Below, piece after piece: positions 9,599-18,537 of a DNA stretch of 40,734 nt. Both the position numbers and the translations under genes were made by a program. The stretch is from positions 1 through 40,734 of IMG/VR virus record IMGVR_UViG_2718217713_000001; one strand, written 5' to 3'. Position 1 is the stretch's first letter; every line of letters begins with the position of its first letter. This stretch comes from a virus. Taxonomy: Duplodnaviria; Heunggongvirae; Uroviricota; Caudoviricetes. The notes below the pieces were generated by a model that searched no databases, was not told the DNA's origin, and saw nothing but the letters and a program-made list of their open reading frames with translations.

Positions 9599-10900
9599 TC
9601 AGATGAGGTCTGCGGTTAGCGTATCGTCGGATACGTCGTCGAAATCATTTATAGGGTTGATATTGAGTGCGGGGCGTGGGTCTGACTCGGGAACGACGGT
9701 GGGTTTACCATCAGCTCGTGTTATCAGTGCCTCGACTTTTGACCAACGGCGCGGACTGGCCTTTTTGATAAGTTTTTCGGCTTTTGTGGGGCTAATAAGT
9801 TTAAAGTCGAATACTTCTTCAGTTTTGTACCTGAACTGGTCCTTCAGAAGTGCGCGAGCTGCCTCTTCATCACTCCAGGCCCGGTTACCTTGTTTTCCTG
9901 TTACCAGTTTAAACCCCGGTACCGGATGTCCGGCATTGAGTTCATTGTGAACCCGGTCTCGTACTGCCTTTAGCCAGGATTCAATAAAGTCGGCCTGGCT
10001 ATAGATCTCCGCAAGCTGCTCAATGGTTAACAGAGGTACACGTGCGCTGGCATTGGTGATTATTTCGCTGACAGGCTTTGTCAGATCTTCAAAATCGCTG
10101 GCCGCTGTTTGTAAATGCTGCATTTTCTGGGCAGTGCAAATAGCTTTTGCTTTACAGAAGCGGCACTGTTTTTCTCCAGGTATGAAGTTTTCCAGCGGTA
10201 GTGTCTCAATGCCTTCGCATTCAGCAATATTGAGAACAAGGATCGCACTGGTTGCGGCCTCCTGTGCCCGTTCACCGAAAGACTGAAGTTCCTGTACGGT
10301 TAACGACCATTCTGAAACGTGGTTGAGCCTTGGCTGGTGAATAAATAATCTTACAGTCTCAAAGTCATACAGCATGCTGAATTGTTCGAGTGCACCCAGG
10401 GCATACAGTTGTAGTTGCTCATTTTGTTCTGCATCAATGCGGACGCCTTTGCCATATTTCAGGTCGTGGATTTGTAATTCGTTACCAGCGATGATTATGC
10501 CGTCGGCAGTTCCGAAAGATTCTTCCACACCCGTTATATGTGAGAAATCAACACGTTGTTCAACCAATAGTTCATTATTCTGTGCAAGAGTCCAGACCGT
10601 ATCAACATACCGGCCAACGGCTTCGACCATTTCATCATCCACCTGTGGGCCAGATGTATCATCAGGATTTTCGCGAAGGGGGTATGAGCCGAGAAACATA
10701 GAAACATTGCATCCGGCGTAGTGTTCCGGGTGGCTTTGCCTGTTTCGTAGAACTTTTTCAGCAAGCGCGTGCGCTGCAGTGCCCTCGATTGCAAAAGTTG
10801 TTTCTTTATCCGGTTGTGTGGCCTCCAGCGCCAGACTTCCTGGGCAGCGCATCCATCGATGCGCTGATGATGGAGAAAGTTGTGCGTGAACGTCTGGCAT
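9599..10900 (-). CDS. DUF2800-family PD-(D/E)xK nuclease (Cas4-like)
   Basis: 433 aa with N-terminal [14 protein letters not shown] motif and Cys cluster ([10 protein letters not shown]); RBS GGAGGG. Confidence 0.75.
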   Translation of the reverse strand: MPDVHAQLSPSSAHRWMRCPGSLALEATQPDKETTFAIEGTAAHALAEKVLRNRQSHPEHYAGCNVSMFLGSYPLRENPDDTSGPQVDDEMVEAVGRYVDTVWTLAQNNELLVEQRVDFSHITGVEESFGTADGIIIAGNELQIHDLKYGKGVRIDAEQNEQLQLYALGALEQFSMLYDFETVRLFIHQPRLNHVSEWSLTVQELQSFGERAQEAATSAILVLNIAECEGIETLPLENFIPGEKQCRFCKAKAICTAQKMQHLQTAASDFEDLTKPVSEIITNASARVPLLTIEQLAEIYSQADFIESWLKAVRDRVHNELNAGHPVPGFKLVTGKQGNRAWSDEEAARALLKDQFRYKTEEVFDFKLISPTKAEKLIKKASPRRWSKVEALITRADGKPTVVPESDPRPALNINPINDFDDVSDDTLTADLI

Positions 10901-10902
10901 GA

Positions 10903-11805
10903 TTAACCCTCCAGTGCTTTTTCAGCCAGGGTGATTACTTCAGCGAGATTTTCATCCGTTACTTCACCAAGTTTCCTGGCTCCCTGTTTTTCCAGAATTG
11001 CAATAGCTTCTGCCCGGTAGCCCCCTTTTGCTAACTGGAGGATCAACCCTTCAGCTTGTTTGCGTAGTGCCGCGAAATCAATTGTATGGTCATCTTTGGC
11101 GTCATGATTCTGGCTGGAATTTGCTGCGTCTCTGCGTGCAAATTCTTCCTGCAGCTGAAGGTACTCAACACGGTTGATCTCGATATGGCCTTTTTTAAGC
11201 ATCTCGTTCAACTTGCGTAAGGTGTGGAGTTCACTGGCTGCTGTGCCGGATACATTTTTGACGTAAAACGGCCCCGTGCGTTCTCCATCTTTGTCACTGG
11301 CCTTTTTCGGCTTAACTTCATCACGCCCATCTGCAGGTGCATCAAGTAGCTGCTCGGCAAAAGCGCGTCGCTCGCCGATGGTTGGCAGGTCGTCCCAGAA
11401 CTTAAGAATGTTACGGGACAGGTCCAGGAGAGCAGGTTTAAGCAGCGCCCTGGCTCGTTTGACGCCCTGCAATGCGCTGTCGAGAGCATCAATCTGAACT
11501 ACTCGTTTATCGCCTTCAGCATCACGGTAGGCAACAGCACGTTGCAGCATATCTTCTGTGATAGGGGTGGCTACCGGGTAGAAACCAGCCAGTGCGATAA
11601 CGTCGCTGAACTCCAGATCATCCAGTGTCATTGCCGCTGACATATTTTCAGTTTCAGTTGCTGTATCCCGACATTCCTGCACTCGTGAAATTGTGTCAGG
11701 ATGCATAACAATACCTGATGCCATTGTGCGGATAAGACGTTCAAGCAGCGCATTATGTTGTGCCAGAAGTTGATTATTAAGTTCTAGACTGGTTTCTAAA
11801 CTCAT
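10903..11805 (-). CDS. Hypothetical phage protein (acidic, 300 aa)
   Basis: ORF with RBS GAGGA, tightly packed in the early-left operon. Confidence 0.55.
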   Translation of the reverse strand: MSLETSLELNNQLLAQHNALLERLIRTMASGIVMHPDTISRVQECRDTATETENMSAAMTLDDLEFSDVIALAGFYPVATPITEDMLQRAVAYRDAEGDKRVVQIDALDSALQGVKRARALLKPALLDLSRNILKFWDDLPTIGERRAFAEQLLDAPADGRDEVKPKKASDKDGERTGPFYVKNVSGTAASELHTLRKLNEMLKKGHIEINRVEYLQLQEEFARRDAANSSQNHDAKDDHTIDFAALRKQAEGLILQLAKGGYRAEAIAILEKQGARKLGEVTDENLAEVITLAEKALEG

Positions 11806-11951
11806 ACTGTGGTCCTCGCTACAAGGAGAATGAAAGTGATGATCAGACCGAGCGCAGTGGCAACGGCCAGACCGGTCATCAAATCGAAGTTTTTACGGCG
11901 ATAACGGAGAACATCGCGCCCCGTCAGTCGATGGAGGTATTCAGGTTTCAT
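11802..11951 (-). CDS. Small tail-anchored membrane protein
   Basis: ORF track 11802..11984; ATG at 11951 follows AAGGA; C-terminal hydrophobic helix GLAVATALGLIITFILLVA. Confidence 0.35.
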   Translation of the reverse strand: MKPEYLHRLTGRDVLRYRRKNFDLMTGLAVATALGLIITFILLVARTTV

Positions 11952-12010
11952 CGGTTGTATTCCTTTTTTCATATCGGGGAGCACGCTGTTGCGAGTGTGC
12001 TTTCAGACAT

Positions 12011-12036
12011 AAAAAAGCCCGTCACGTGAGGCGGGC
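12011..12036 (-). terminator. Intrinsic terminator after the first early-left gene
   Basis: Minus strand GCCCGCCUCACGUGACGGGC hairpin followed by UUUUUUAU. Confidence 0.5.
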
Positions 12037-12078
12037 AAAGACTACACACAGCAATTACATGGAGGATTCAGAGGATTG

Positions 12079-12273
12079 TTATGGGTGAAGGACGACGGTA
12101 TCCATTCGGTTAAAACAAGTATTGGTCGCAGAACCTGTATGTTTGTTAACTAGAGTCAGGCTAACGTTATGCTGGTCGCGGTCAGCTTTTTGGGTAACCT
12201 CCATTATCCGTTTTCCACTGAATTCAATTTTGTCGCCGATAGCCAGGTCATTAACCAGTTTATATTTAGGCAT
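12079..12273 (-). CDS. Hypothetical early protein (first gene of leftward operon)
   Basis: ORF track 12079..12288; ATG at 12273 (MPKYKLV...) is preceded by GAGGAA. Confidence 0.5.
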   Translation of the reverse strand: MPKYKLVNDLAIGDKIEFSGKRIMEVTQKADRDQHNVSLTLVNKHTGSATNTCFNRMDTVVLHP

Positions 12274-12288
12274 CTTGTGATTCCTCAT

Positions 12289-12544
12289 TCAGTTCACTTT
12301 GGTGGTTCGGCGGCTTCGACTTGTATTAATTAGACAGTGCTTCGCCGCACCCCAAAGGGAACTTACTGACCCGTATTGCCGACATCCTGTCCCGCCACGG
12401 TCCCGACGCATGGTTTAGAGTCGCGCCGTTCGACTTGTGGTTTAAATATCTGTGTATAGATATCTTAACTTCACGCATATAGTTAAGACCTCTAAACTCA
12501 CAAAGTCAAGTGCTGCGGTTAAGAAAAGTGAACTTTTTCGGATA
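12289..12544 (-). promoter_or_regulatory. Early-left promoter/operator (PL/OL-equivalent) leader region
   Basis: Noncoding stretch between the repressor terminator and the first early-left gene; contains direct repeats of TTCGACTTGT and a CTTAACT/AGTTAAG inverted repeat. Confidence 0.4.
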
Positions 12545-12574
12545 GGTAAAGAAAAGCCCGCTTAGGAAGCGGGC
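12545..12574 (-). terminator. Intrinsic terminator of the repressor gene
   Basis: 7-bp stem GCCCGCT/AGCGGGC with 5-nt loop; on the minus strand followed by UUUUCUUU; about 25 nt after the cI stop. Confidence 0.7.
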
Positions 12575-12598
12575 ATGTGGTATAGAGTGAATTTACGC

Positions 12599-13291
12599 TC
12601 AGAGCAGAACGGAGTACCAAAATACTTGGCCTATAATCCTGATTTTATTAGCCTCTTGATTAAAATACTCTTCGTCTGCGTATTCATCCCTATTGAAAGA
12701 GCGTATCCGGAGTCCGCTTGGGAGACGGTACAATAGTTTGACACGAAGTAATCCGTCTTGGTCTATAGCGTACATTTGACCATCTTTTACACCTGTTTTT
12801 GATGTATCTATGCCGACGACAGCGCCATCCGGTAATACCGGTTCCATGCTGTTGCCGTGGATGCTGACACAAGCCGCACAATTTACGTCAACACCTGCTT
12901 TGCGCAACGTTGAACGGGCGAATCTTAACTTACATCCCATTCGATCTATATCAACATAAGTACCATTACCGGCAGACAGTTCAATTTCCTGATAGAACGG
13001 TATTTCCACTTCATCATCCTCTAATGGTGTTGATGAGTCCCATACAGAAAACCCCCCTTCAACTTGTGCATTAGAATGTATTTCTTTGGTATCGCTTGTT
13101 TTGCCTGAAAGTAGCCACTCTGGAGAAACGTTCAATGCTTCGGCCAGATTTATAAGATTTTTCCCGTTAGGTGTGGTGTTTCCGGATTCCCATTGTGAAA
13201 TCGTGGCTTTAGTTAGACCAATACGTTTAGCAAGCGCATCCTGCGTTAGGTGGACATTGCGACGAGCCTCGCGAATACGATCATTAATCAT
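12599..13291 (-). CDS. CI-like repressor (XRE-type HTH + S24 LexA-like peptidase domain)
   Basis: 230 aa; N-terminal HTH (LTQDALAKRIGLTKATISQWESG); C-terminal S24-like segment with GNSMEP and a downstream Lys; diverges from the cro-like gene. Confidence 0.85.
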   Translation of the reverse strand: MINDRIREARRNVHLTQDALAKRIGLTKATISQWESGNTTPNGKNLINLAEALNVSPEWLLSGKTSDTKEIHSNAQVEGGFSVWDSSTPLEDDEVEIPFYQEIELSAGNGTYVDIDRMGCKLRFARSTLRKAGVDVNCAACVSIHGNSMEPVLPDGAVVGIDTSKTGVKDGQMYAIDQDGLLRVKLLYRLPSGLRIRSFNRDEYADEEYFNQEANKIRIIGQVFWYSVLL

Positions 13292-13404
13292 GGTTTTACC
13301 CTCATATAGTTTAGTTAGCTTAACTTAATCAGGGTATCGCTTTCTTGACTTATTGGTTTAGTTTTCTTAACCTCATATAACCATATATTTCCTGGGTAAC
13401 GGTT
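13292..13404. promoter_or_regulatory. Divergent repressor/cro promoter-operator region (genetic switch)
   Basis: 113-bp intergenic between divergent cI-like and cro-like genes; candidate PR TTGGTT-N17-TATAAC (13353..13381); repeated CTTAAC-containing motifs. Confidence 0.5.
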
Positions 13405-13587
13405 ATGAAAAAAGCAGAAGCAATTGAGCTTGCAGGAAGTAAAGCGAAACTAGCGAGACTATTGAAGGTTTCCAAAGGCGCCGTATCTCAATGGGGGGAG
13501 GAAATCCCAGAGCTAAGAGCTCTTCAACTTGAAAAGATTTTGGAGCAAAAAAATGTAGTCAAACAAAAAGGCGTAACCCATGTCTGA
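13405..13587 (+). CDS. Cro-like HTH regulator
   Basis: 60 aa, HTH (KAKLARLLKVSKGAVSQW), first gene rightward of the switch; stop overlaps the next gene. Confidence 0.65.
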   Translation: MKKAEAIELAGSKAKLARLLKVSKGAVSQWGEEIPELRALQLEKILEQKNVVKQKGVTHV

Positions 13588-15841
13588 TAACAAACCATGG
13601 GGAGCTACGCCCGATGAGTGGTTCCACTTCGATCTGGTGTTGGGGATGACAGACAGGCTTTTACCTGTGGTGTCCAATCCCTGTGCAGAACTGTCGCCTA
13701 ATAGCAAGCTGTCTCATAATTTCGGCAAAACCCCCAGTCGCTACAATGGCCAACGTAAGGTTGTTGGTATCCCCGACTGGGCTAACTATGTTGTTACGGA
13801 AAACGATTTTGCCCGGTGGTCGAACGAACCCGATTACGGTATTTGCGTTCGTACTGGCGACGGGGTGGTGGCTCTGGACTGCGATATCAATGACGCCGGG
13901 ATGCAGGAGATCGTACGCAATATTATCCTATCATGCCTGGGGGAACTTCCGCCACGTCGCTGGCGGGCTGACAGTCATAAATGCCTGTACCTGATTGCTG
14001 TTGATGGCGACTACCGTAAACGTGGTCACCGCCTGGAAGGCGAAAACAAACAAATAGAGCTGCTCGCTAAGGGCCAGCAGTTTGTGGCTTGTGGTACCCA
14101 TCCGGCAGGCGAACGTATTCAGTGGGACTGCGGTTTGCCCGGCGAACCTCTGAAAATTACATCTGAACAGCTCGAAAGCCTGTGGCAGCGTCTGGCGGAT
14201 AACTTACCCGTGAAAGACAGCTATACCGCAGGTGCAGGACGTCAGCGTGACCTTTCCTGTGTTGATCCTTCCGCGACAGATGATGTCGCCGACTGGCTTG
14301 ACGCGAACGGGTGGACTCTGTCAGTCAGCTCTGATGGTTCCCGCAATCTGAAACCGTTTCGGGATGAGTCAGAATACAGCAACGGTTGCAGCGAAACATC
14401 CATTAAGTATTTCCCAAAAGGGACGGGGGGATTTGAACAGGGACATTTTAAAAGCATGCACAACACCGATGCGGGGCTTACTGATGCCGACTGGCTGGAA
14501 GGCTACGGCTATACGCAATCCCTGTTCGAAGATCTCACGGTGGTTGAAGATGGCGATAAGCCTGAATTTACCGATATTAATACAGATATGACAGCTCATT
14601 TTCTGGAACGCTTTATCTACGTTATCGAGGGTGACCAGGTATGTGATCTTAGCCGACCGCCATATCAGTGCATGATGGATATGAAGTCGTTCAAAAACCT
14701 GATGGCGCCTTACCAGTTCCCGCCAGAAGGGAAAGGGCAACCAACTCCCGCAACCAAACGGTGGATAGAGCATCGGCATAAGAAGATTGCTGAGACGACA
14801 GGCTATAAGCCCGGTGCGGGACGTATTATCGAGCGTTTCGACGGGCGGTTTGAGATAAACGAATTTTATATGCCTGAGCATCCACGTACAGCGGATACAA
14901 GTAAGGTGTCCACGTTCCTTAATCATATGGCGTATCTGGTACCTGATGCCTGGCAGCGCGAGTTTTTCATCGCCCGTCTGGGGTGGATGGTTCAGCGTCC
15001 GGAGCGTCGATGCCCGATTTCTATTCTGCATGTGGCTACCGCACATGGTACGGGCAGAGGATGGGTCAGTCAGTTAATGGAGCGCGTGCTTGGCCCGTGG
15101 AACTGTGCTCGTACTCGCATGAAGATCCTGTGCGATAACCAGTTCCATGACTATCTGTACAATACGCTTCTATGCACCATTGACGAGGTGCGCGAAAATG
15201 ATAAGCGGTATGAGGTGAACGATAAGATCCGTGACGTGCTGACAGAACCACGGTTTGAAGTGAACCGCAAATATGGCAGCAAAAAAACGATGGATATATA
15301 CACCGGCTTTCTGTTCTACACCAACCACTTTGATGCGCTGGCGCTGCCAGAGGAAGACCGACGTATAGCTGTGCTGGGGGGCCCTGACTTCGCCGCAACT
15401 GAAGAGCATTACGCCAGCCTGTACGGTGCGCTAAGCGACAGCGACTTTATCGCCCAGGTGTACTGGTATCTAATGGGCGTTGACCTGTCTCGCTTTAACT
15501 GGCAGCGCGCCCCCGAGACGAAAGAACGCCTTCTGATGATTGAAAGCAATAAGAGCGATGTGGAGGCTGCTCTTATTGAAATCCTGGATAATCCGCCTGT
15601 GCCAGCAATGACTTATCAACAAATTGTTAACGCAATACTGGCAGAAGCAGGAATGGATGTAGAAATTAACCAGAAGCATATTACTCGCATTTTGAAAGAA
15701 AGAACAAAACGTGAAGCAGTGAAACTAAAAGTGGACGGCATGACTGTTCGCATGTGGATGCTTGCAAAAAATTGCGACTTCAATAATGAGGAATTGCGTG
15801 AAATATATAAAACATGCGAAATTTTGCAATCTGGATTGTAA
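13580..15841 (+). CDS. Replication initiation protein with N-terminal primase-polymerase (AEP-like) domain
   Basis: 753 aa; DxD-type motif VVALDCDIND and downstream His-containing motif; no canonical Walker A seen in the C-terminal part; immediately followed by the iteron array. Confidence 0.65.
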   Translation: MSDNKPWGATPDEWFHFDLVLGMTDRLLPVVSNPCAELSPNSKLSHNFGKTPSRYNGQRKVVGIPDWANYVVTENDFARWSNEPDYGICVRTGDGVVALDCDINDAGMQEIVRNIILSCLGELPPRRWRADSHKCLYLIAVDGDYRKRGHRLEGENKQIELLAKGQQFVACGTHPAGERIQWDCGLPGEPLKITSEQLESLWQRLADNLPVKDSYTAGAGRQRDLSCVDPSATDDVADWLDANGWTLSVSSDGSRNLKPFRDESEYSNGCSETSIKYFPKGTGGFEQGHFKSMHNTDAGLTDADWLEGYGYTQSLFEDLTVVEDGDKPEFTDINTDMTAHFLERFIYVIEGDQVCDLSRPPYQCMMDMKSFKNLMAPYQFPPEGKGQPTPATKRWIEHRHKKIAETTGYKPGAGRIIERFDGRFEINEFYMPEHPRTADTSKVSTFLNHMAYLVPDAWQREFFIARLGWMVQRPERRCPISILHVATAHGTGRGWVSQLMERVLGPWNCARTRMKILCDNQFHDYLYNTLLCTIDEVRENDKRYEVNDKIRDVLTEPRFEVNRKYGSKKTMDIYTGFLFYTNHFDALALPEEDRRIAVLGGPDFAATEEHYASLYGALSDSDFIAQVYWYLMGVDLSRFNWQRAPETKERLLMIESNKSDVEAALIEILDNPPVPAMTYQQIVNAILAEAGMDVEINQKHITRILKERTKREAVKLKVDGMTVRMWMLAKNCDFNNEELREIYKTCEILQSGL

Positions 15842-15844
15842 AAA

Positions 15845-16109
15845 GGTGGCAGCAAGGTGGCAGATAAACGACTAACTGCCACCTTAAAAAGTGCATATAA
15901 ATCAATTTGATACTGTAAAAAGGTGGCAGGTGGCAGTAGAATTTAAATTATATACGCGAGAACTTATATTTTATGTATTATGCGATCTCTTATATATATA
16001 TATATAACTAAAACTATCTGCCACCTGCCACCAAAATAGCCCGGAGCCTTACGTGGCGTGCGTTTCAGGAGGTGGCAGATAGCTATTTAACTGCCACCTA
16101 ACTGCCACC
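15845..16109. repeat. Origin-like iteron array: 10 copies of GGTGGCAG (5 forward, 5 inverted) around an AT-rich core
   Basis: Forward copies at 15845, 15856, 15922, 15929, 16071; inverted CTGCCACC at 15876, 16018, 16025, 16091, 16102; AT-rich core 15940..16015 includes (TA)8. Confidence 0.75.
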
Positions 16110-16158
16110 CGGAAATTAACTTGAAAAAATTAGCAAATAACTAAATGAGGATACGACG

Positions 16159-16449
16159 ATGTCAAAGATATTCCGCCAATGTATGCCTTACGGTATCCGC
16201 AAAACAGCTGAGGGGGCTTGGGAAGCATTCAACAGAGACTACCAGCCCTTAGGGGAGGCTTTTTTCTTCAAAAGAGCACTAACGCAGGCCACTCGAGATG
16301 TGTTGGCGCCACCGCCGGTAACTCAGCGCGACGACTGTGTATGGCTGTATAGCGATATCGAGCACCCGATGCACTCTGAGGCTTACTGGAAAGCGTATTG
16401 CCAGCGGCTTAAACATCTTTCTAACCTCAAAATGAAAGATGAACGGTAA
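16159..16449 (+). CDS. Hypothetical phage protein
   Basis: 96-aa ORF with RBS GAGGA 8 nt upstream. Confidence 0.5.
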   Translation: MSKIFRQCMPYGIRKTAEGAWEAFNRDYQPLGEAFFFKRALTQATRDVLAPPPVTQRDDCVWLYSDIEHPMHSEAYWKAYCQRLKHLSNLKMKDER

Positions 16450-16474
16450 GTAGCAAAACGTAGAGGTCAGAGCT

Positions 16475-16897
16475 ATGCGTAATATTCAACAGGTTTTAGA
16501 GCGCTGGGGGGGCTGGGCAGCGAGTGAAGGTGGTAGCGTCTACTTTCCTCCTGTTGCAGCCGGGTTTAAGAATCTGCTACCCGCGACGCAGTCTGGAAGG
16601 CTGAAATGCAGTGACAATGACGGTCTTATCATCAACTCCGCTATGAGCTGCCTGAAGAAAAAAGATCCGTATCTGTGCACGCTCCTTGAGTGGCATTACG
16701 TCCAGGCCATGCCCGTGCGGGCGATGGGTGAGAAGCTCGGCGTATCTCACACCCACGTTCTGAAGAGGCTTCAGGCGGCAGAGGGATTTATTGACGGTTG
16801 CTTAGCCATGCTGGATGTGGTGCTCGAAATGGATCAGTCGGTTCAGTCAAAGCCTCAGGCTATCAGGACTTTGCGTAGGAGCTGCTCGGCGGCATAA
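16475..16897 (+). CDS. Q-type late antiterminator (phage 21/82 Q-like)
   Basis: 140 aa; MRNIQQVLERWGGWAA..AAGFK...LKRLQAAEGFIDGCLAMLDVVLEMD resembles prophage Q-like antiterminators as I recall them; located upstream of the lysis genes. Confidence 0.7.
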   Translation: MRNIQQVLERWGGWAASEGGSVYFPPVAAGFKNLLPATQSGRLKCSDNDGLIINSAMSCLKKKDPYLCTLLEWHYVQAMPVRAMGEKLGVSHTHVLKRLQAAEGFIDGCLAMLDVVLEMDQSVQSKPQAIRTLRRSCSAA

Positions 16898-16898
16898 T
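16871..16898 (+). promoter_or_regulatory. Candidate sigma70 promoter (possible late promoter) overlapping the Q stop codon
   Basis: TTGCGT-N16-CATAAT; Q stop TAA at 16895..16897. Confidence 0.3.
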
Positions 16899-16928
16899 AT
16901 CCAGCAATCAATCACGTAAGGGAACCAG

Positions 16929-17270
16929 ATGGCTCTGATCAGCGTTCGCAACAGATTTGAAAGCTTCATGGAACAGAGGTACCCAGACCTGTCGTTGCAG
17001 GTCAAGGGTAATATTGGCGCATCAATGAAGGCTCAACTTGGCATCAGGATTGAACGAGAATTGTACAGTGAAGATGTTACTTACTGTGATTCAGCAGTTC
17101 AGTTGATGTGGACACTCTTTCAGGCAGGTGTTCTGGCCGAACGAAGAGCTACCAGCGTTACGCTTCCTGCGCTGAAGGCAAAGCCGGATAGCTTCTACGA
17201 TGCGGGTTATAACGAAGGTATTCAGGACTGTCGTAAACATCTGACGGCATCAGGCATCAAGGTAAGATAA
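16929..17270 (+). CDS. Hypothetical protein (cargo position between Q and lysis genes)
   Basis: 113-aa ORF, RBS AAGGGA; followed 63 nt later by an intrinsic terminator. Confidence 0.5.
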   Translation: MALISVRNRFESFMEQRYPDLSLQVKGNIGASMKAQLGIRIERELYSEDVTYCDSAVQLMWTLFQAGVLAERRATSVTLPALKAKPDSFYDAGYNEGIQDCRKHLTASGIKVR

Positions 17271-17332
17271 AAAATAGTTGTGGAATTCCAAAAAGCCGAT
17301 TAGCCTGATATCTGTTGAAAACAGTTCATCAC

Positions 17333-17361
17333 GAAGAGGCTCCCGCAAGGGGGCCTTTTTT
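17333..17361 (+). terminator. Intrinsic terminator (GNRA-loop hairpin + T6)
   Basis: AGGCUCCC-GCAA-GGGGGCCU followed by UUUUUU. Confidence 0.65.
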
Positions 17362-17590
17362 AATGCGCTATTCTCAGTAAAAGTTAATAAAACAGGGTTT
17401 TCGTCGCGAAAAAACGCTATGCAGTTTTTGCCCTTTTTTATGCACCTTTTATTCACTCGAATTTCGTCATTCTGGACCACTTAAGTTGATTAAATAGGCC
17501 TTTCATCGCAAATCTATTGCGAGCGGGGATCGTGTGGTTCCTATAACGTACATTATGTTAAATAACTTCCTTTTTTAACAAATTTAACAA

Positions 17591-17615
17591 GGTTCGCTAT
17601 GGCGAACTTTTTTTG
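17591..17615 (+). terminator. Intrinsic terminator upstream of the lysis cassette (tR'-like)
   Basis: Perfect hairpin GUUCGC-UAUG-GCGAAC followed by U7. Confidence 0.7.
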
Positions 17616-17715
17616 TATTCAGGGCCCACCGAAGGACGGCTCATAACCCAATCCTGCGGGCGTATACGCAGGGCCCGCCTTTCAACAACACCCCGTAATG
17701 GCGGAGGTGGGAAGT

Positions 17716-18057
17716 ATGAAAATGCACAATGCTCCTCATTCCTGGCCTGACTTACTGGAACTCTTACAAAGTTGGTGGCGTGGAGATACGCCGTTGGGCG
17801 CAGTGGTTATGTCAATTGTTATGGCTGGCTTGCGCATTGCCTATTTTGGCGGTGGCGGCGGCTGGAAACGAAAAACGCTTGAGATTTTGCTCTGTGGTGC
17901 TCTGACGCTGACCTTTGCATCCGCTCTTGAGTATGTTGGATGGCCTAAATCTCTTTCTGTTGCCATTGGTGGTGGTGTTGGGCTGATCGGTGTCGATGCT
18001 ATTCGTGGGGCTGCAATGCGAGTAATCGGTAACAAGTTTGGTGGCTCTAAGGAGTAA
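17716..18057 (+). CDS. Holin (lambda S-like, dual-start MKM motif)
   Basis: ORF track 17698..18057; RBS GGAGGTGGG then ATG-AAA-ATG at 17716/17722; hydrophobic helices; C-terminal similarity pattern to lambda S; directly upstream of endolysin. Confidence 0.75.
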   Translation: MKMHNAPHSWPDLLELLQSWWRGDTPLGAVVMSIVMAGLRIAYFGGGGGWKRKTLEILLCGALTLTFASALEYVGWPKSLSVAIGGGVGLIGVDAIRGAAMRVIGNKFGGSKE

Positions 18058-18060
18058 TTC

Positions 18061-18537
18061 ATGCAGACACTAAATTCCCAACGTAAAGCTTTCCTGGATA
18101 TGGTGGCATGGTCAGAAGGAACGGATAACGGGCGACAACCGACACGTAATCACGGTTATGACGTTATCGTCGGAGGTGAGTTGTTCACTGATTACTCCGA
18201 TCACCCTCGCAAACTTGTCACTCTAAACCCGAAGCTTAAATCAACAGCCGCAGGCCGGTATCAGCTTCTTTCACGCTGGTGGGATGCCTACCGCAAGCAG
18301 CTTGGCCTGAAAGATTTTTCGCCAGAAAGTCAGGACGCTGTGGCATTGCAGCAGATTAAAGAGCGTGGCGCTTTACCGATGATTGATCGCGGTGATATCC
18401 GTCAGGCTATCGATCGTTGCAGCAATATCTGGGCGTCGTTACCTGGTGCAGGTTATGGTCAGTATGAACATAAAATCAGTGACCTGATTTCCCGGTTTAA
18501 AGAGGCTGGTGGGGTGGTAAATGAAGTTGAGCTATAA
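18061..18537 (+). CDS. R: Endolysin, lambda R-like lytic transglycosylase
   Basis: 158 aa; QRKAFLDM.AWSEGTDNGRQ.TRNHGYDVIVGGELFTDYSDHPRKLVTLNPKLKST.AGRYQLLSRWWDAYRKQLGLKDFSP matches lambda R as I recall it. Confidence 0.9.
   Translation: MQTLNSQRKAFLDMVAWSEGTDNGRQPTRNHGYDVIVGGELFTDYSDHPRKLVTLNPKLKSTAAGRYQLLSRWWDAYRKQLGLKDFSPESQDAVALQQIKERGALPMIDRGDIRQAIDRCSNIWASLPGAGYGQYEHKISDLISRFKEAGGVVNEVEL

Noticed and set aside
12300-12450. Possible tRNA or small structured RNA suggested by GGTTCG...TTCGACTTGT repeats
   Set aside because: I could not fold a cloverleaf with acceptor, D, anticodon and T arms by eye; the repeats look more like protein-binding sites in the early-left leader
14369-15409. 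Minus-strand ORFs of 225, 110 and 79 aa inside the primase-polymerase gene
   Set aside because: Antisense to a well-supported 753-aa gene with no independent start signals; treated as spurious
15845-16109. Possible CRISPR array suggested by repeated GGTGGCAG
   Set aside because: Repeats are only 8 bp, occur in both orientations with irregular spacing around an AT-rich core, and sit beside a replication initiator; consistent with origin iterons, not CRISPR
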